Notes: generated by a model from the letters alone, not told the origin. Shown: positions 19,187 to 29,398, numbered from the stretch's first letter. The stretch is 64,000 nucleotides of DNA from an uncultured Planctomycetota bacterium (GCA_963752285.1 CAVVXN010000005.1:832001-896000); one strand, 5' to 3'. Made by a program: numbers and translations.

Positions 19187-19972
19187 GTGGAGGCGGGGGA
19201 GGCTCCCCCGCGGGGTGGGGCGCGCGGGCGAATGGGGCGACGGCGTACGGAGGCGGGGGGTGGGCGTTTGGCCCTTGGGCGCGGGGGAGCATTACTTCTC
19301 TCCCCCCGCCTCCTGGATCGGGGCTCGCGGTCGAGCGGGGCTTGGCGTACGTCCGGACCTTGTGATCGACGGTGGGTGGTGGGGATGGAGGCGGGGGAGG
19401 CTCCCCCGCGGGGTGGGGCGCGCGGGCGAATGGGGCGACGGCGTACGGAGGCGGGGCGTGGGCGTTTGGCCCTTGGGCGCGGGGGAGCATTACTTCTCTC
19501 CCCCCGCCTCTTGCATCGGGGCTCGCGGCCGAGCGGGGCTTGGCGTACGTCCGGACCTTGTGATCGACGGTGGGTGGTGGAGATGGAGGCGGGGGAGGCT
19601 CCCCCGCGGGGTGGGGCGCGCGGGCGAATGGGGCGACGGCGTACGGAGGCGGGGCGTGGGCGTTTGGCCCTTGGGCGCGGGGGAGCATTACTTCTCTCCC
19701 CCCGCCTCTTGCATCGGGGCTCGCGGTCGAGCGGGGCTTGGCGTACGGACGGGCCTTGTGATCGACGGTGGGTGGTGGAGATGGAGGCGGGGGAGGCTCC
19801 CCCGCGGGGTGGGGCGCGCGGGCGAATGGGGCGACGGCGTACGGAGGCGGGGGGTGGGCGTTTGGCCCTTGGGCGCGGGGGAGCATTACTTCTCTCCCCC
19901 CGCCTCCTGGATCGGGGCTCGCGGTCGAGCGGGGCTTGGCGTACGGACGGGCCTTGAGATCGACGGTGGGTG
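19187..19972 (-). repeat. tmRNA-linked tandem repeat: four ~198-bp units, each carrying a copy of the ssrA 3' end
   Basis: Units start (plus strand) at 19187, 19385, 19583 and 19781 (last 192 bp). Each begins with TGGAGGCGGGGG, as does the ssrA 3' end at 19974. Confidence 0.95.
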
Positions 19973-20330
19973 GTGGAGGCGGGGGGAATTGCACCCCCGT
20001 CCCGAGATGGGTGAGCGGGCGTCACTACGCGCGTAGTCCGAGGTTTGAGGTCTCGCTCTCGGGGACGCCCTCGGACGGGCTTCCCTTCGGGCCAGCGGGT
20101 GAAGTCTCGCTGCCCCTTCGACCCGCGGCGAAGGGGCGGCCAGCCTGCGTTATGGCGGCCGTACGTCCCCCGCAGACAGAGGGACGGGGCCGCGCCACCT
20201 GACTAGGCGGCGAGAGCGTAGTTGCTGTTGGCAACTGAGGTTCCAGGGGAGGTTGTTGACGAGGTCCGACCCTGGGTACCCCGGCGCGCGACGCAAACCC
20301 ACCGACATCCGGTCGATTCTGTTCGCCCCC
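19971..20330 (-). ncRNA. ssrA: tmRNA (transfer-messenger RNA); tag peptide ANSNYALAA at 20203-20232
   Basis: 5' GGGGGCGAACAGAATCGAC; 3' GGACGGGGGTGCAATTCCCCCCGCCTCCACCA; internal GCC AAC AGC AAC TAC GCT CTC GCC GCC TAG; smpB 2.2 kb away. Confidence 0.96.
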
Positions 20331-20391
20331 ACGCGGAGCGTTCGTCCGGTGCCGGGGCCGCGGCTCGCGGTCCCGACTGCCAAAGAGCGAC

Positions 20392-20943
20392 CTACATCCT
20401 ACCCCGCGACGGGTGGTCGCGGCTCGCGGGCTCTGCGACGAGGGCCACCTGGAGGGCGTCGGCCGCCGCCGCGTCGTACGCCACCAAAAGCACGCGCCGG
20501 GGATGATCGTGCTCGTCGAGGAACGCGCGGACCGCGCCGACCGCGACGCGCGCGGCGTCGGACGCCGGGTACCCGAACACGCCCGTCGAGATCGCGGGGA
20601 ACGCGATCGTCTCCAGGGTCTTCGCCCGGGCGAGCTCGAGCGACCGCCGGTAGCACGAGGCCAGAAGCTCCGCCTCGCCGCGGGCTCCGCCCTGCCACAC
20701 CGGCCCGACCGCGTGGATCACCCACCGCGCCCGGAGCGCGAACCCGGGCGTCATCCGCGCATCCCCCACCGGGCACGGCGCGGCCCGCGCGCACGCCGCC
20801 CTGAGGTCCCGTCCCGCCGCGCGGTGGATCGCCCCGCACACGCCACCGCCCGGCGCGAGCGCCTCGTTCGCCGCGTTGACGATCGCGTCCACGTCGAGCC
20901 GCGTGATGTCACCGATCACGACCTCGACGCGCTCGTCGTTCAC
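20392..20943 (-). CDS. ymdB: Macro domain O-acetyl-ADP-ribose deacetylase (YmdB-like)
   Basis: GDITRLDVDAIVNAAN..GGGVCGAIH, VIHAVGP and AFPAISTGVFGYP motifs. Confidence 0.93.
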   Translation of the reverse strand: MNDERVEVVIGDITRLDVDAIVNAANEALAPGGGVCGAIHRAAGRDLRAACARAAPCPVGDARMTPGFALRARWVIHAVGPVWQGGARGEAELLASCYRRSLELARAKTLETIAFPAISTGVFGYPASDAARVAVGAVRAFLDEHDHPRRVLLVAYDAAAADALQVALVAEPASRDHPSRGRM

Positions 20944-23030
20944 GTCTCGGACTCCTTCTTGTGCTCGAGCCTCGTGGGCGCCGCCGCCCCCGAGGGGGGC
21001 GCGGCGAGCGCCTCCTCGCAGCGTAGCGCGAGGGTGCGGGCCGCTTCGTCGCCGGGCAGCGTGCGTGCGACCTCGAGCGCCTCGGCCGGGCGTCCCGCCT
21101 GGAGCAGGTCCAAGGCCCGCTCGAACGTCCGCGCCGCGTCGAGGGTCGCCGCGTCCACCGCCCCCACGCGGCCGAGCAGCTCGTGCACGTGGACCGCACC
21201 GTGCCGCCCCTTCACGGCGACGTGGTCGATCCGCCGCCAGAGGAAGTCCGGGCCGGCCGCCTCGACGGTGGCCGTCGGGGCGAGGACCGTCGTCCCGAAG
21301 TGGCCGTTCGCCCCCTCGAGCCGGCTCGCGAGGTTCATCGTGTCGCCGAGCGCCGTGTAGTGCAGTCGCGACGGCGAGCCGACGTTCCCGACGACCACCG
21401 GCCCGGTCGCGAGGCCGAACCGCGTGGGGAGCGGCGGACGACCTGCGGCCTCGAAGTCCGCGTTCAGCCGGTCGAGCCGCGCGCGGCAGGCAAGGACCGC
21501 GGACGTCGCGCGCGCGGCGTGGGCCGGCTCGGGACGGGGCGCGCCCCAGAACGCCACGATCGCGTCGCCGACGAGCTTGTCGATCGTCGCGCCCTCGTCA
21601 CGGAGGGTGTCGATCATCGCGCCGAAGTACTCGCTCATGTGCGAGACGAGGTCGGCGGGCGTCATCTGCTCTGCGATCCCGGTGAAGCCGCGTACGTCGG
21701 TGAAGAGCACCGTGGCCTCGACCGTGCGACCTCCGATGCGCGCGGCCTCGCCGCGGTCGAGCAGGTCGCGCACGACGTCCGTGGGCACGTACCGGGCGAA
21801 CGAGTCGAGGGCCTGGCGCATGCGCTCCTGGGCGTCGTAGAGCCCTTGGACCTCGCGGATCCGGCTCGGCGGATGCGGGTGGGGCGCCGTGTCGAGACGT
21901 CGGATCCGGTCGCTCTGCTCCGCGAGATCCTCGAGGGGCCGACCGTACCGACGTGCGAGCGCGAGGGCGAGCCCCGCCGCGAAGCCCAGCGCGAGGACGC
22001 CGAGCCCGAGGACCACGAGGCGGTTCTTGCGCGCCGGGCCCAGGAAGTCCTCGAGCGGCGCGGCGATCCCGACGTCGAAGCGCGTGTCCTCGTCGAGGGC
22101 CAACGCGCGGCACTCGCCCCACCACGTCGCGCCCTCGCTCTCGAACGCGAACGGCGCGCCGCCGCGGCCGACGCCGTCGCGGAGGAGCCGCGCCGCGGTC
22201 GGGAGGCGCAGGTCCTCGAGCGGGGTCAGGATCGCCGCCTCGCGCGCACCGGGGTCGGCGAAGCGATCGGCCCGCGGCAGCCCCACCACGCGGTGCTCGG
22301 GCTCCGTGGCGACGATCGCGAACCCGCCCGCGCTCACGTCCAGGGTGGTCGTGAACGTCGAGAGGTCGCCGAGGAGCACGTCGAACGCCACCACGAACGT
22401 CGCGCCGTCCGGCCCGTTCACCGTGAGGGACGCCGTGAGCCCGGGCCGCTTCGACGTGAAGAAGACGTACGGCTCCGTCCAGCGCACCCGCGCCGCACCC
22501 GCGGTCCGGTACCACGGCCGCGTGCGGGGGTCGAAGTCCGAGTCCTCGAACCAGGGCTCGGCGGCCGCGCCCGCGCCGAGACGGTGGAACCGCGCCCGAC
22601 GTCCCCACGTCGTGGGATCGACCTCGCGCACGAGCCACCCCTCGCCCTCGCGCAGGAACGACACGCCGCCGCCCTCGGCGTCGCCGGTCAAGAACCCCGC
22701 GACCTGGGGCAGACCTTCGAGCACCGGGACCACGACGGGCTCGAGGCACGTGGCGCCGCGGCACCGGATCGTCCCGTTCTTCGCCCAGCGGCCGACCACG
22801 GCGAGCTGGTCCGTGATCGGGTCGAAGAGGCGATGCAGGCGGGTTTCCGTGCGGTCGGCCAGCGTGCGCGTGAAGCCGCGCACCACCTCCTGGACCGTGT
22901 CGCGCGCCCCCACCCCCATCACGAAGAGGATCGCGCCCGAGAGGAGCAAGATCAGCACCAGGAGCGAGCGGAGGAGGCTCCGCCGCATCGGGACGGTGCC
23001 GCGGCGAAGGAACGCCAGGGGTGACGGCAT
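20940..23030 (-). CDS. Class III adenylate cyclase with Cache-like sensor and HAMP domain
   Basis: TM, then DPRTRPWY (Cache), TM and HAMP; LFTDVRGFT, DKLVGDA and YTALGDTMNLASRLE motifs. Confidence 0.93.
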   Translation of the reverse strand: MPSPLAFLRRGTVPMRRSLLRSLLVLILLLSGAILFVMGVGARDTVQEVVRGFTRTLADRTETRLHRLFDPITDQLAVVGRWAKNGTIRCRGATCLEPVVVPVLEGLPQVAGFLTGDAEGGGVSFLREGEGWLVREVDPTTWGRRARFHRLGAGAAAEPWFEDSDFDPRTRPWYRTAGAARVRWTEPYVFFTSKRPGLTASLTVNGPDGATFVVAFDVLLGDLSTFTTTLDVSAGGFAIVATEPEHRVVGLPRADRFADPGAREAAILTPLEDLRLPTAARLLRDGVGRGGAPFAFESEGATWWGECRALALDEDTRFDVGIAAPLEDFLGPARKNRLVVLGLGVLALGFAAGLALALARRYGRPLEDLAEQSDRIRRLDTAPHPHPPSRIREVQGLYDAQERMRQALDSFARYVPTDVVRDLLDRGEAARIGGRTVEATVLFTDVRGFTGIAEQMTPADLVSHMSEYFGAMIDTLRDEGATIDKLVGDAIVAFWGAPRPEPAHAARATSAVLACRARLDRLNADFEAAGRPPLPTRFGLATGPVVVGNVGSPSRLHYTALGDTMNLASRLEGANGHFGTTVLAPTATVEAAGPDFLWRRIDHVAVKGRHGAVHVHELLGRVGAVDAATLDAARTFERALDLLQAGRPAEALEVARTLPGDEAARTLALRCEEALAAPPSGAAAPTRLEHKKESET

Positions 23031-23158
23031 GCGTCCTTCGGGCTCCTCGGACCGGGAGAGACGGCGCGGCGCCCGCCGAGTCTACGCGTGGAGCCCGACC
23101 CCGGGTCACGCCGCGCGATCGGGCTTGCGCACGCCCCGCGCGGCCGGAGGATCACGGC

Positions 23159-24124
23159 GTGTCGTCCCCCCGTGCCCCGCTCCGTGTCGCCGTCGTCGGC
23201 GCCCGACGCGTGCGCCAGGGCACCGGGCCGTTCCTCGCACGTTTCCTCCACGAGGCCGGCGCGAAGGTCGTCCTCGTCGTCGGGACGAGCGAAGGCTCGC
23301 TCGCGACCGCGCGAGACGACCTCGCCGCGGCCGGGATCGCCGCCGCCGGCCGTCTGGTCGAGGACGGGCTCCGCCCCGAGGACGAGCTCGATCTCGTCGT
23401 GATCGCCTCGCCTCCGGCGACGCACGCGCACTGGCTCGATCGCGCGTTCTCGCTCCGCGCGCACGCGCTCTGCGAGAAGCCGCTCCTCGAGGGACCCGGC
23501 GCGGGGACCGCCGCGTGGGATCGCGCGCGCGCCTTCCAGCGCGCCGGGCTCCACCTGGTCGTCGCGGCGCAGTGGCCGCGCACGCTCCCGACGTTCGACG
23601 CGCTCCACCCGGGGGTCCTCGCCCGCCCACCGCGTCGCTTCTCGATGCACCTGGCACCGACCGTCTCCGGTCCGGCGATGGTCCCCGACTCCCTTCCCCA
23701 CCCGCTGAGCCTCCTCTACGCGGCCGTCCCCGACCCCGAGCCGCGACTCGAAGACGTGGAGGTCCGGCCGGGCGACGCCGAGGGGCGGAGCGCCACGATC
23801 CGCTTCACGTACGGCGCCGCGGGACACCGCGTCGAGGTCGAGGTGCGCCTCGCCTCGAGCGACCGCGTCCCCCGGCCCGCGGGCTACGCCTTCGACGGCC
23901 GGGCGGTCGAGCGCGAGATCGAGATGGCGGGCTATCGGCTCCGTCTCGCGGCCGACGGACGGCGCCTCCCCCTGCCCGACCCGCTTCGCGACTTGGCGTT
24001 CGACGTCGTCCGTCGCGTATCCTCCGCGGACCCGCCCCGCGTGGACCCCTCGGCCTGCCCCGGCATGCGGCACGTCCTCGAGGTCCTCGCCGCCTGGCCC
24101 GCCGGGGCGCCCGGAGATCGATGA
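23159..24124 (+). CDS. Gfo/Idh/MocA family oxidoreductase
   Basis: VAVVGA N-terminus; LVVIASPPATH...HALCEKPL motif. Confidence 0.8.
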   Translation: MSSPRAPLRVAVVGARRVRQGTGPFLARFLHEAGAKVVLVVGTSEGSLATARDDLAAAGIAAAGRLVEDGLRPEDELDLVVIASPPATHAHWLDRAFSLRAHALCEKPLLEGPGAGTAAWDRARAFQRAGLHLVVAAQWPRTLPTFDALHPGVLARPPRRFSMHLAPTVSGPAMVPDSLPHPLSLLYAAVPDPEPRLEDVEVRPGDAEGRSATIRFTYGAAGHRVEVEVRLASSDRVPRPAGYAFDGRAVEREIEMAGYRLRLAADGRRLPLPDPLRDLAFDVVRRVSSADPPRVDPSACPGMRHVLEVLAAWPAGAPGDR

Positions 24125-25380
24125 CCGGCCCCGTGCCCCGACCCGTCACGCCCCCGGCTCCGCTCCAAGCGGTCCACGACTTCGCCGGGAAGCTCCGGCA
24201 GGAGGCGTTCCTGCCGCGGTTGCGCGCGTACGTGCGCTGGCGCCGGGCCGTGCTCGACGCGCGCGCCGCGGGACGCCCCGACCCCGAGCCGCCCCCCTGG
24301 GCCCCGCTCTCGGTCAACCTCGACCTGACGACCGCGTGCAACTACGCGTGCGACCACTGCATCGACTGGGACGCCCTGAACCAACGCGTGTCCCACGACC
24401 ACGCACGGCTCGAGTCGTCCCTCGCGACCCTCGCCGCGCGCGGGACGAGGTCGGTGATCCTGATCGGAGGCGGCGAGCCCACCGTGTACCCCGGCTTCGG
24501 CCGGATCGTCCGGCACGCGAAGGACCTCGGCCTCGACGTCGCGGTGGTCTCGAACGGCAGCCGCAACGAGAAGATCCTGGAGGTCGCGGACCGCCTCGGC
24601 CCGAACGACTGGGTCCGTCTGAGCCTCGACGCCGGCACCGACGCGACGTTCCAGCGCATGCACCGTCCGAAGCGACGCGTCACGCTCGAGGCGATCTGCG
24701 CCGGCGTCCCGCCGATCCGAGCGCGGAACCCGGCGCCGCGCGTGGGCTTCTCGTTCGTCATCACGTGGGAGGGCGCCACGGGCGGGTCGAAGGCGCCGCT
24801 CGTCGAGAACGTGGACGAGATCCCGCTCGCGGCGCGCCTCGCGCGCGACCACGGGTTCGACTACCTCTCGCTGAAGCCCGTGCTGGTCCGCACGGACGGG
24901 GGCGCGGAGGTGATGGACCCCGCCTCCGCGCACGCCCGCCAGGACGCGCTGGTGGCGCGGATCCGCGCGCGGGTCGAGGAGGCGCGGGCGCTCGAGACGG
25001 ACGCGTTCCGCGTGGTCGAGAGCACGAACCTCGTCCTCCTCGAGAGCGGCGGGTGGCGGACGTGGACGCGGCAGCCGAAGACCTGTCACTTCCAGGCCTT
25101 CCGGCAGGTCCTGTCGCCGCTCGGGACCTGGAACTGCCCCGCGCACCGCGGCGTCGAGAAGGCGCGCGTCGGCGCGAAGGACGCCTGGGCCGGCGACGCC
25201 GAGGCGGACGGCGCGGTCCGGGCCACCTCCGCGCTCCTCGACGGCTTCGACGCGTCCGTGGAGTGCCGCGAGGTGACGTGCCTCTACCACGACGCGAACT
25301 GGTGGATCGACGGGCTCGTCGAGCGTCCCGAGGGCCTCGACGGGCTCACGCCCGCGCCGGGCGAGGACCACTTCCTGTGA
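24121..25380 (+). CDS. Radical SAM protein with C-terminal Cys cluster (SPASM/twitch-like)
   Basis: CNYACDHC, IGGGEPT, VSNGS and RLSLDAG motifs; C-terminal CHFQ..NCPAH..CREVTC; ATGA overlap. Confidence 0.9.
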   Translation: MTGPVPRPVTPPAPLQAVHDFAGKLRQEAFLPRLRAYVRWRRAVLDARAAGRPDPEPPPWAPLSVNLDLTTACNYACDHCIDWDALNQRVSHDHARLESSLATLAARGTRSVILIGGGEPTVYPGFGRIVRHAKDLGLDVAVVSNGSRNEKILEVADRLGPNDWVRLSLDAGTDATFQRMHRPKRRVTLEAICAGVPPIRARNPAPRVGFSFVITWEGATGGSKAPLVENVDEIPLAARLARDHGFDYLSLKPVLVRTDGGAEVMDPASAHARQDALVARIRARVEEARALETDAFRVVESTNLVLLESGGWRTWTRQPKTCHFQAFRQVLSPLGTWNCPAHRGVEKARVGAKDAWAGDAEADGAVRATSALLDGFDASVECREVTCLYHDANWWIDGLVERPEGLDGLTPAPGEDHFL

Positions 25381-26135
25381 GCGCGGCCGGGGGTGGGAAG
25401 GCGCTGCTCAGAATCGAGGTCGTGGAGGACCGGACCCGGACGTCGCGCCCGGACGAGGGCTTCCTCCGCCTGCGCCGCCTCCTCCTCCGAAACCACTACG
25501 ACGACGGCTCGGTCTCGCGGCCGTACCCCTGCGACGTGGCGTCGCGGCGCGACGTGGACGCCGTAACCGTCGTGATCCACGGTCCGGTGGTGGACGGCGC
25601 GGTCGAGGTGCTCCTCCGCGCCGGCGTCCGCGCCCCGGTCTGGCTCCGCCGGGAGAAGGACATCGCGCACGGCGGCGGCCCCGTCACGACGATCGTGGAG
25701 ACGATCGCGGGCGTCGTCGAGCCCGACGACGCGGGGCCCGGCGGCGTCGAGCGCCGCGCCGCCAAGGAGGTCGAGGAGGAGGGCGGGCTCCACGTCGCCG
25801 CCGGCGCGGTTCGCGCCCTCGGCGGGGCGCTCTTCCCGAGCCCCGGCGTCACGGACGAGCGTGTGCACTTCCGCCGCGTCGAGGCCGACCTCGTCCCACG
25901 GACGCAGGCCCGCGGCGACGGATCGGTCATGGAAGAGGTCGGCGAGGCCGTGGTGCTGCCGCTCCGCGAGGCCATCCGGCGGTGCCGGTCGGGAGAGATC
26001 CCCGACATGAAGACCGAGGTCGCGCTGCTCCGCCTCGCGGACGCCCTCGGCTACGTCCCCGCGCTCGACCGCTTCGTGGACGAGCTTCCCGCCGACCTCG
26101 CGGCCCGCGCCCGCGAGCTTCCCCCGCTCGTCTAG
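25377..26135 (+). CDS. NUDIX hydrolase (ADP-ribose/NDP-sugar pyrophosphatase-like)
   Basis: ETIAGVVE...[24 protein letters not shown] and IPDMKT motifs; GTGA overlap. Confidence 0.82.
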   Translation: MSAAGGGKALLRIEVVEDRTRTSRPDEGFLRLRRLLLRNHYDDGSVSRPYPCDVASRRDVDAVTVVIHGPVVDGAVEVLLRAGVRAPVWLRREKDIAHGGGPVTTIVETIAGVVEPDDAGPGGVERRAAKEVEEEGGLHVAAGAVRALGGALFPSPGVTDERVHFRRVEADLVPRTQARGDGSVMEEVGEAVVLPLREAIRRCRSGEIPDMKTEVALLRLADALGYVPALDRFVDELPADLAARARELPPLV

Positions 26136-28090
26136 CCCCGCGCGTCGGGACGCCGGCGGCGCGCGCCCTTGCGCCCCGGACGATAGCCCGTGCTCGGCGC
26201 GGTGCCCGCGTCCTTCGCGTGGACGTACGTCGCGTCCGTCGCGGTACGGCGCCGCGCCTCGACGGCCTCCGGCGGGGGGTTCGCCGGGATCAGCGCCCCC
26301 TCGTGGTCGCCGACCAGGTCGCCCCGGCCGGCCTCGAGCAGGGCGCGCCGCACCACGAACCAGTTCCTCGGCTCGAAGTACTGGAGGAGCGCGCGCTGCG
26401 CGGACCTCTCGGCGAGCCGCCTCGCGGAGGGGACCGGACGATGGGTGAAGGGATCGAGCCCCGTGTAGAACATCGACGTCGCCACGTCCATCGGCGCCGG
26501 GATGAAGTCCTGCACCTGGCGCGGGCGGTAGCCGTTCGTCTTCAGGAACACGGCGAGCTCGATCATCTCGTCTACCGTCGACCCGGGGTGGCTCGCGATG
26601 AAGTACGGGACGAGGTACTGCTCCTTGCCGGCCCGACCGCTCGCCGCCGCGAAGTCGTCGGCGAAGCGCTCGAAGGACGCGCGCGGGGGCTTCTTCATCA
26701 CCGAGAGCACACGGTCGCTCACGTGCTCGGGCGCGACCTTCAGGTGCCCGCCGACGTGGTGTCTGGCGAGCTCCTCGACGTAGGCGGGATCGAGGTTCGC
26801 GAGGTCCATCCGGATGCCGGACGAGACGCGCACGCGCTTGACGCCCGGCGTGGCCCGCGCGTCGCGGAGCAGGTCGAGGGTCGGACCGTGGTCGGTGCCG
26901 AGCAGCCGGCAGACGGTCGGGTGGATGCACGAAAGGCGGCGGCAGCGGGCCTCGACCTCGGGCTTCGTGCACCGCATCCGGTACATGTTGGCCGTGGGGC
27001 CCCCGACGTCGGTGATCGTCCCGCGGAAGTCCGGATCGCGGGCCACCTTCTCGACCTCCGCCTGTACGGACCGCGCGCTGCGACTCTGGATGATGCGCCC
27101 CTGGTGCATCGTGATGCTGCAGAACGTGCAGCCGCCGAAACACCCCCGCATGATCGTGATCGAGTCCTTGATCATCTCGAACGCGGGGATCGGCGCCGTG
27201 TAGCGCGGATGCGGGCGGCGCGCGTAGGGCAGGTCGTACGCGTGATCCAGCTCGGCCTCCGCGAGGGGCAGCGTCGGAGGGTTCTGGACGAGGAGGCGGT
27301 CGCCGTGCCGCTGCACGACGCGCCGCGCGTTGAGCGGGTTGGTCTCGTGGTGGTGGAGCGCGGTCATGCGCGAGAAGAGCCGGACGTCGTGCGCGACGTC
27401 CTCGAACGAGGGGATCTCGATCGTCCGGTCGTCCCCGTGCGCGTCGGTCCAATGGTGGTCGGGCAGGTCCTCGCTCCGTCCGAGGAGGTACGCGACGCCC
27501 CGCATGTCGCGGAGCGCCTTCACGTCCTCGCCGGCGTCCAGCCGCCGGGCGACCTCGAGGATCGGACGCTCCCCCATCCCGTACACGACCAGGTCCGCCT
27601 TGCTCGAAACGAGCATGGACGGGCGCACCGAGTCGCTCCAGTAGTCGTAGTGCGCGATCCGCCGCAAGGACGCCTCGACGCCGCCCGCCACCACGGGCAC
27701 GCCCGGGAACGCCTCCCGACATCGCTGCGCATACACCGCGGTGGGACGGTCGGGCCTCAGCCCGATCGCGCCGCCGGGGGAGTACGCGTCGTCGTTCCTC
27801 CGCTTCCGGTTGGCGGTGTAGTGGTTGATCATCGAGTCCATGTTGCCGGCGGACACCGCGTAGAAGAGCCGCGGCGGTCCGAGCGCACGCCACGCCTCGG
27901 CGTCGCGCCAGTCGGGCTGAGGCAGGATCGCCACGCGGTAGCCCGCCGCCTCGAGGACGCGCGAGAGGATCGCCGCCGCGAACGAGGGATGGTCCACGTA
28001 GGCGTCGCCCGACACGAAGACGACGTCCGCGGCGTCCCAGTCGAGCTCGTTCATCTCTTCGCGGGTCGTGGGGAGGAAGCGCGCGGCCAT
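26132..28090 (-). CDS. ygiQ: YgiQ/UPF0313 family radical SAM protein
   Basis: [53 protein letters not shown] and QVQDFIP motifs. Confidence 0.94.
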   Translation of the reverse strand: MAARFLPTTREEMNELDWDAADVVFVSGDAYVDHPSFAAAILSRVLEAAGYRVAILPQPDWRDAEAWRALGPPRLFYAVSAGNMDSMINHYTANRKRRNDDAYSPGGAIGLRPDRPTAVYAQRCREAFPGVPVVAGGVEASLRRIAHYDYWSDSVRPSMLVSSKADLVVYGMGERPILEVARRLDAGEDVKALRDMRGVAYLLGRSEDLPDHHWTDAHGDDRTIEIPSFEDVAHDVRLFSRMTALHHHETNPLNARRVVQRHGDRLLVQNPPTLPLAEAELDHAYDLPYARRPHPRYTAPIPAFEMIKDSITIMRGCFGGCTFCSITMHQGRIIQSRSARSVQAEVEKVARDPDFRGTITDVGGPTANMYRMRCTKPEVEARCRRLSCIHPTVCRLLGTDHGPTLDLLRDARATPGVKRVRVSSGIRMDLANLDPAYVEELARHHVGGHLKVAPEHVSDRVLSVMKKPPRASFERFADDFAAASGRAGKEQYLVPYFIASHPGSTVDEMIELAVFLKTNGYRPRQVQDFIPAPMDVATSMFYTGLDPFTHRPVPSARRLAERSAQRALLQYFEPRNWFVVRRALLEAGRGDLVGDHEGALIPANPPPEAVEARRRTATDATYVHAKDAGTAPSTGYRPGRKGARRRRPDARG

Positions 28091-28107
28091 CCCCGCGAGG
28101 GTATCCG

Positions 28108-29004
28108 TCAGAAGAGCGAAGGCTGGCCGTCGAGCCGGGTCGCCTCGACGAGGCGTGGGAAGGCGCGGCGCACGGTCTCGGGGGCGAGGGGCGGGGTCCC
28201 CGCAAGCCGCCCCTTCAGCTCGAGGGCGTTCGCCACCGCCTTCCCGCCGTAGTGGTTGTTCGTGACGAGGTACGTGCGCCGGCCACCGGCGGCCGCCTCC
28301 CGGACGCGGGCCGCGATCCGATCGAGGTCGTCCGGCGCGTAGAGCCAGTCGTATCGCTCGTCCCGCCCCGCGCGGCGGTCGAACCACGCGGCGGCGTTCC
28401 GGCCGTGGAGGCGCACGTATCCCACCGGTCCCACGCGCGGCACGTCGGGCGGCGGGTGGTCCGCCGCCGCCGGCAGGTCGATCCACGCGACGCTCAACCC
28501 GAGCGCCCCGACGCGGTCGAGCGCCCCGGCCTCGAACCACGACCGATGCCGGAGCTCCACGACGAGCGGGACCCGGTCGAGGTGCTCGGCCAGGTCCGCG
28601 AGACGGCCGAGGTTCGCGGCGTCGTGACGGAAGGAGACGGGGAACTGCGCGAGGAGGGCCGACAGCCGGCCCGCCTCCTCGAGCGGGCGGACGCCCTCCA
28701 GGAACGCGCGGACGGTCGTCGGGGAGAGCCGGTTCCCCGGCTCGTGCGTGAGCTCACGATGGACCTTCGCGAGGAACGAGAAGCCCGGGCGATCGGCGAC
28801 GCGCCGCACCCAGCGCCGGGCCACGTCCGCGCGGGGGAGCGCGTAGAAGGACGCGTTCACCTCCACGAGGTCGAGGTAGCGCGCGAGGAACGCGAGGGGA
28901 TCGAAGCCCCGGGGGTGGGGACGCGGATAGACCGGTCCTTCCCAGTCGGGGTACGACCAGCCGGCGCTCCCCACGCGCACGTCCTGCGGGGCCGAGGCGA
29001 CCAT
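28108..29004 (-). CDS. DUF72 domain-containing protein
   Basis: [41 protein letters not shown] and NNHYGGKA motifs. Confidence 0.93.
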   Translation of the reverse strand: MVASAPQDVRVGSAGWSYPDWEGPVYPRPHPRGFDPLAFLARYLDLVEVNASFYALPRADVARRWVRRVADRPGFSFLAKVHRELTHEPGNRLSPTTVRAFLEGVRPLEEAGRLSALLAQFPVSFRHDAANLGRLADLAEHLDRVPLVVELRHRSWFEAGALDRVGALGLSVAWIDLPAAADHPPPDVPRVGPVGYVRLHGRNAAAWFDRRAGRDERYDWLYAPDDLDRIAARVREAAAGGRRTYLVTNNHYGGKAVANALELKGRLAGTPPLAPETVRRAFPRLVEATRLDGQPSLF

Positions 29005-29089
29005 CGCCCCAGGCTACCGTCCGGGACCCGCGTTCGCGGTCGAGGGACCCCGCCGACGGAGGGGGCCGGCCCCTACGTAGGATGGGTGC

Positions 29090-29398
29090 ATGCCGCCCCA
29101 GTCTCCGGTCCTCGCCCCGAAGCCGTCGATCGAGGAGGAGACGGACCTGATCCCGCCGTACCAGGTCGTCCTCCTGAACGACGACGTCACGACGTTCGAC
29201 TTCGTGATCTGGCTCCTGATGACGCTATTCGCCAAGCCCGCCGTCGAGGCCGGCCGGCTCACGTGGGAGATCCACAACACCGGGGCGGCGGCGGTCTGCA
29301 CCACGACGAAGGAGCGGGCCGAGCTCTACGTCGAGCAGGTGAGGGCCCTCGCCCGGCCCCGGGGCTTTCCCCTCGAGGCCGTGATCGAGCCCGCCTGA
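29090..29398 (+). CDS. clpS: ATP-dependent Clp protease adaptor ClpS
   Basis: YQVVLLNDDVTTFDFV..EIHNTG..C..ERAE..FPL. Confidence 0.93.
   Translation: MPPQSPVLAPKPSIEEETDLIPPYQVVLLNDDVTTFDFVIWLLMTLFAKPAVEAGRLTWEIHNTGAAAVCTTTKERAELYVEQVRALARPRGFPLEAVIEPA

Noticed and set aside
17756..19972. Prophage or integrative element at ssrA
   Set aside because: att-like duplications of the ssrA 3' end exist, but no integrase, phage or conjugation genes are present
17742..20036. Repeat-protein ORFs through the 198-bp array (e.g. 17742..19994 -, 19187..19957 +, 19215..20036 +)
   Set aside because: 198 is a multiple of 3 and the DNA is GC-rich, so several frames are open. The ORFs overlap the tmRNA or the real gene at 17756, and no frame stands out as coding.
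20025..20383. Short ORFs overlapping 19971-20330
   Set aside because: The region is the tmRNA gene; only the tag reading frame is meaningful
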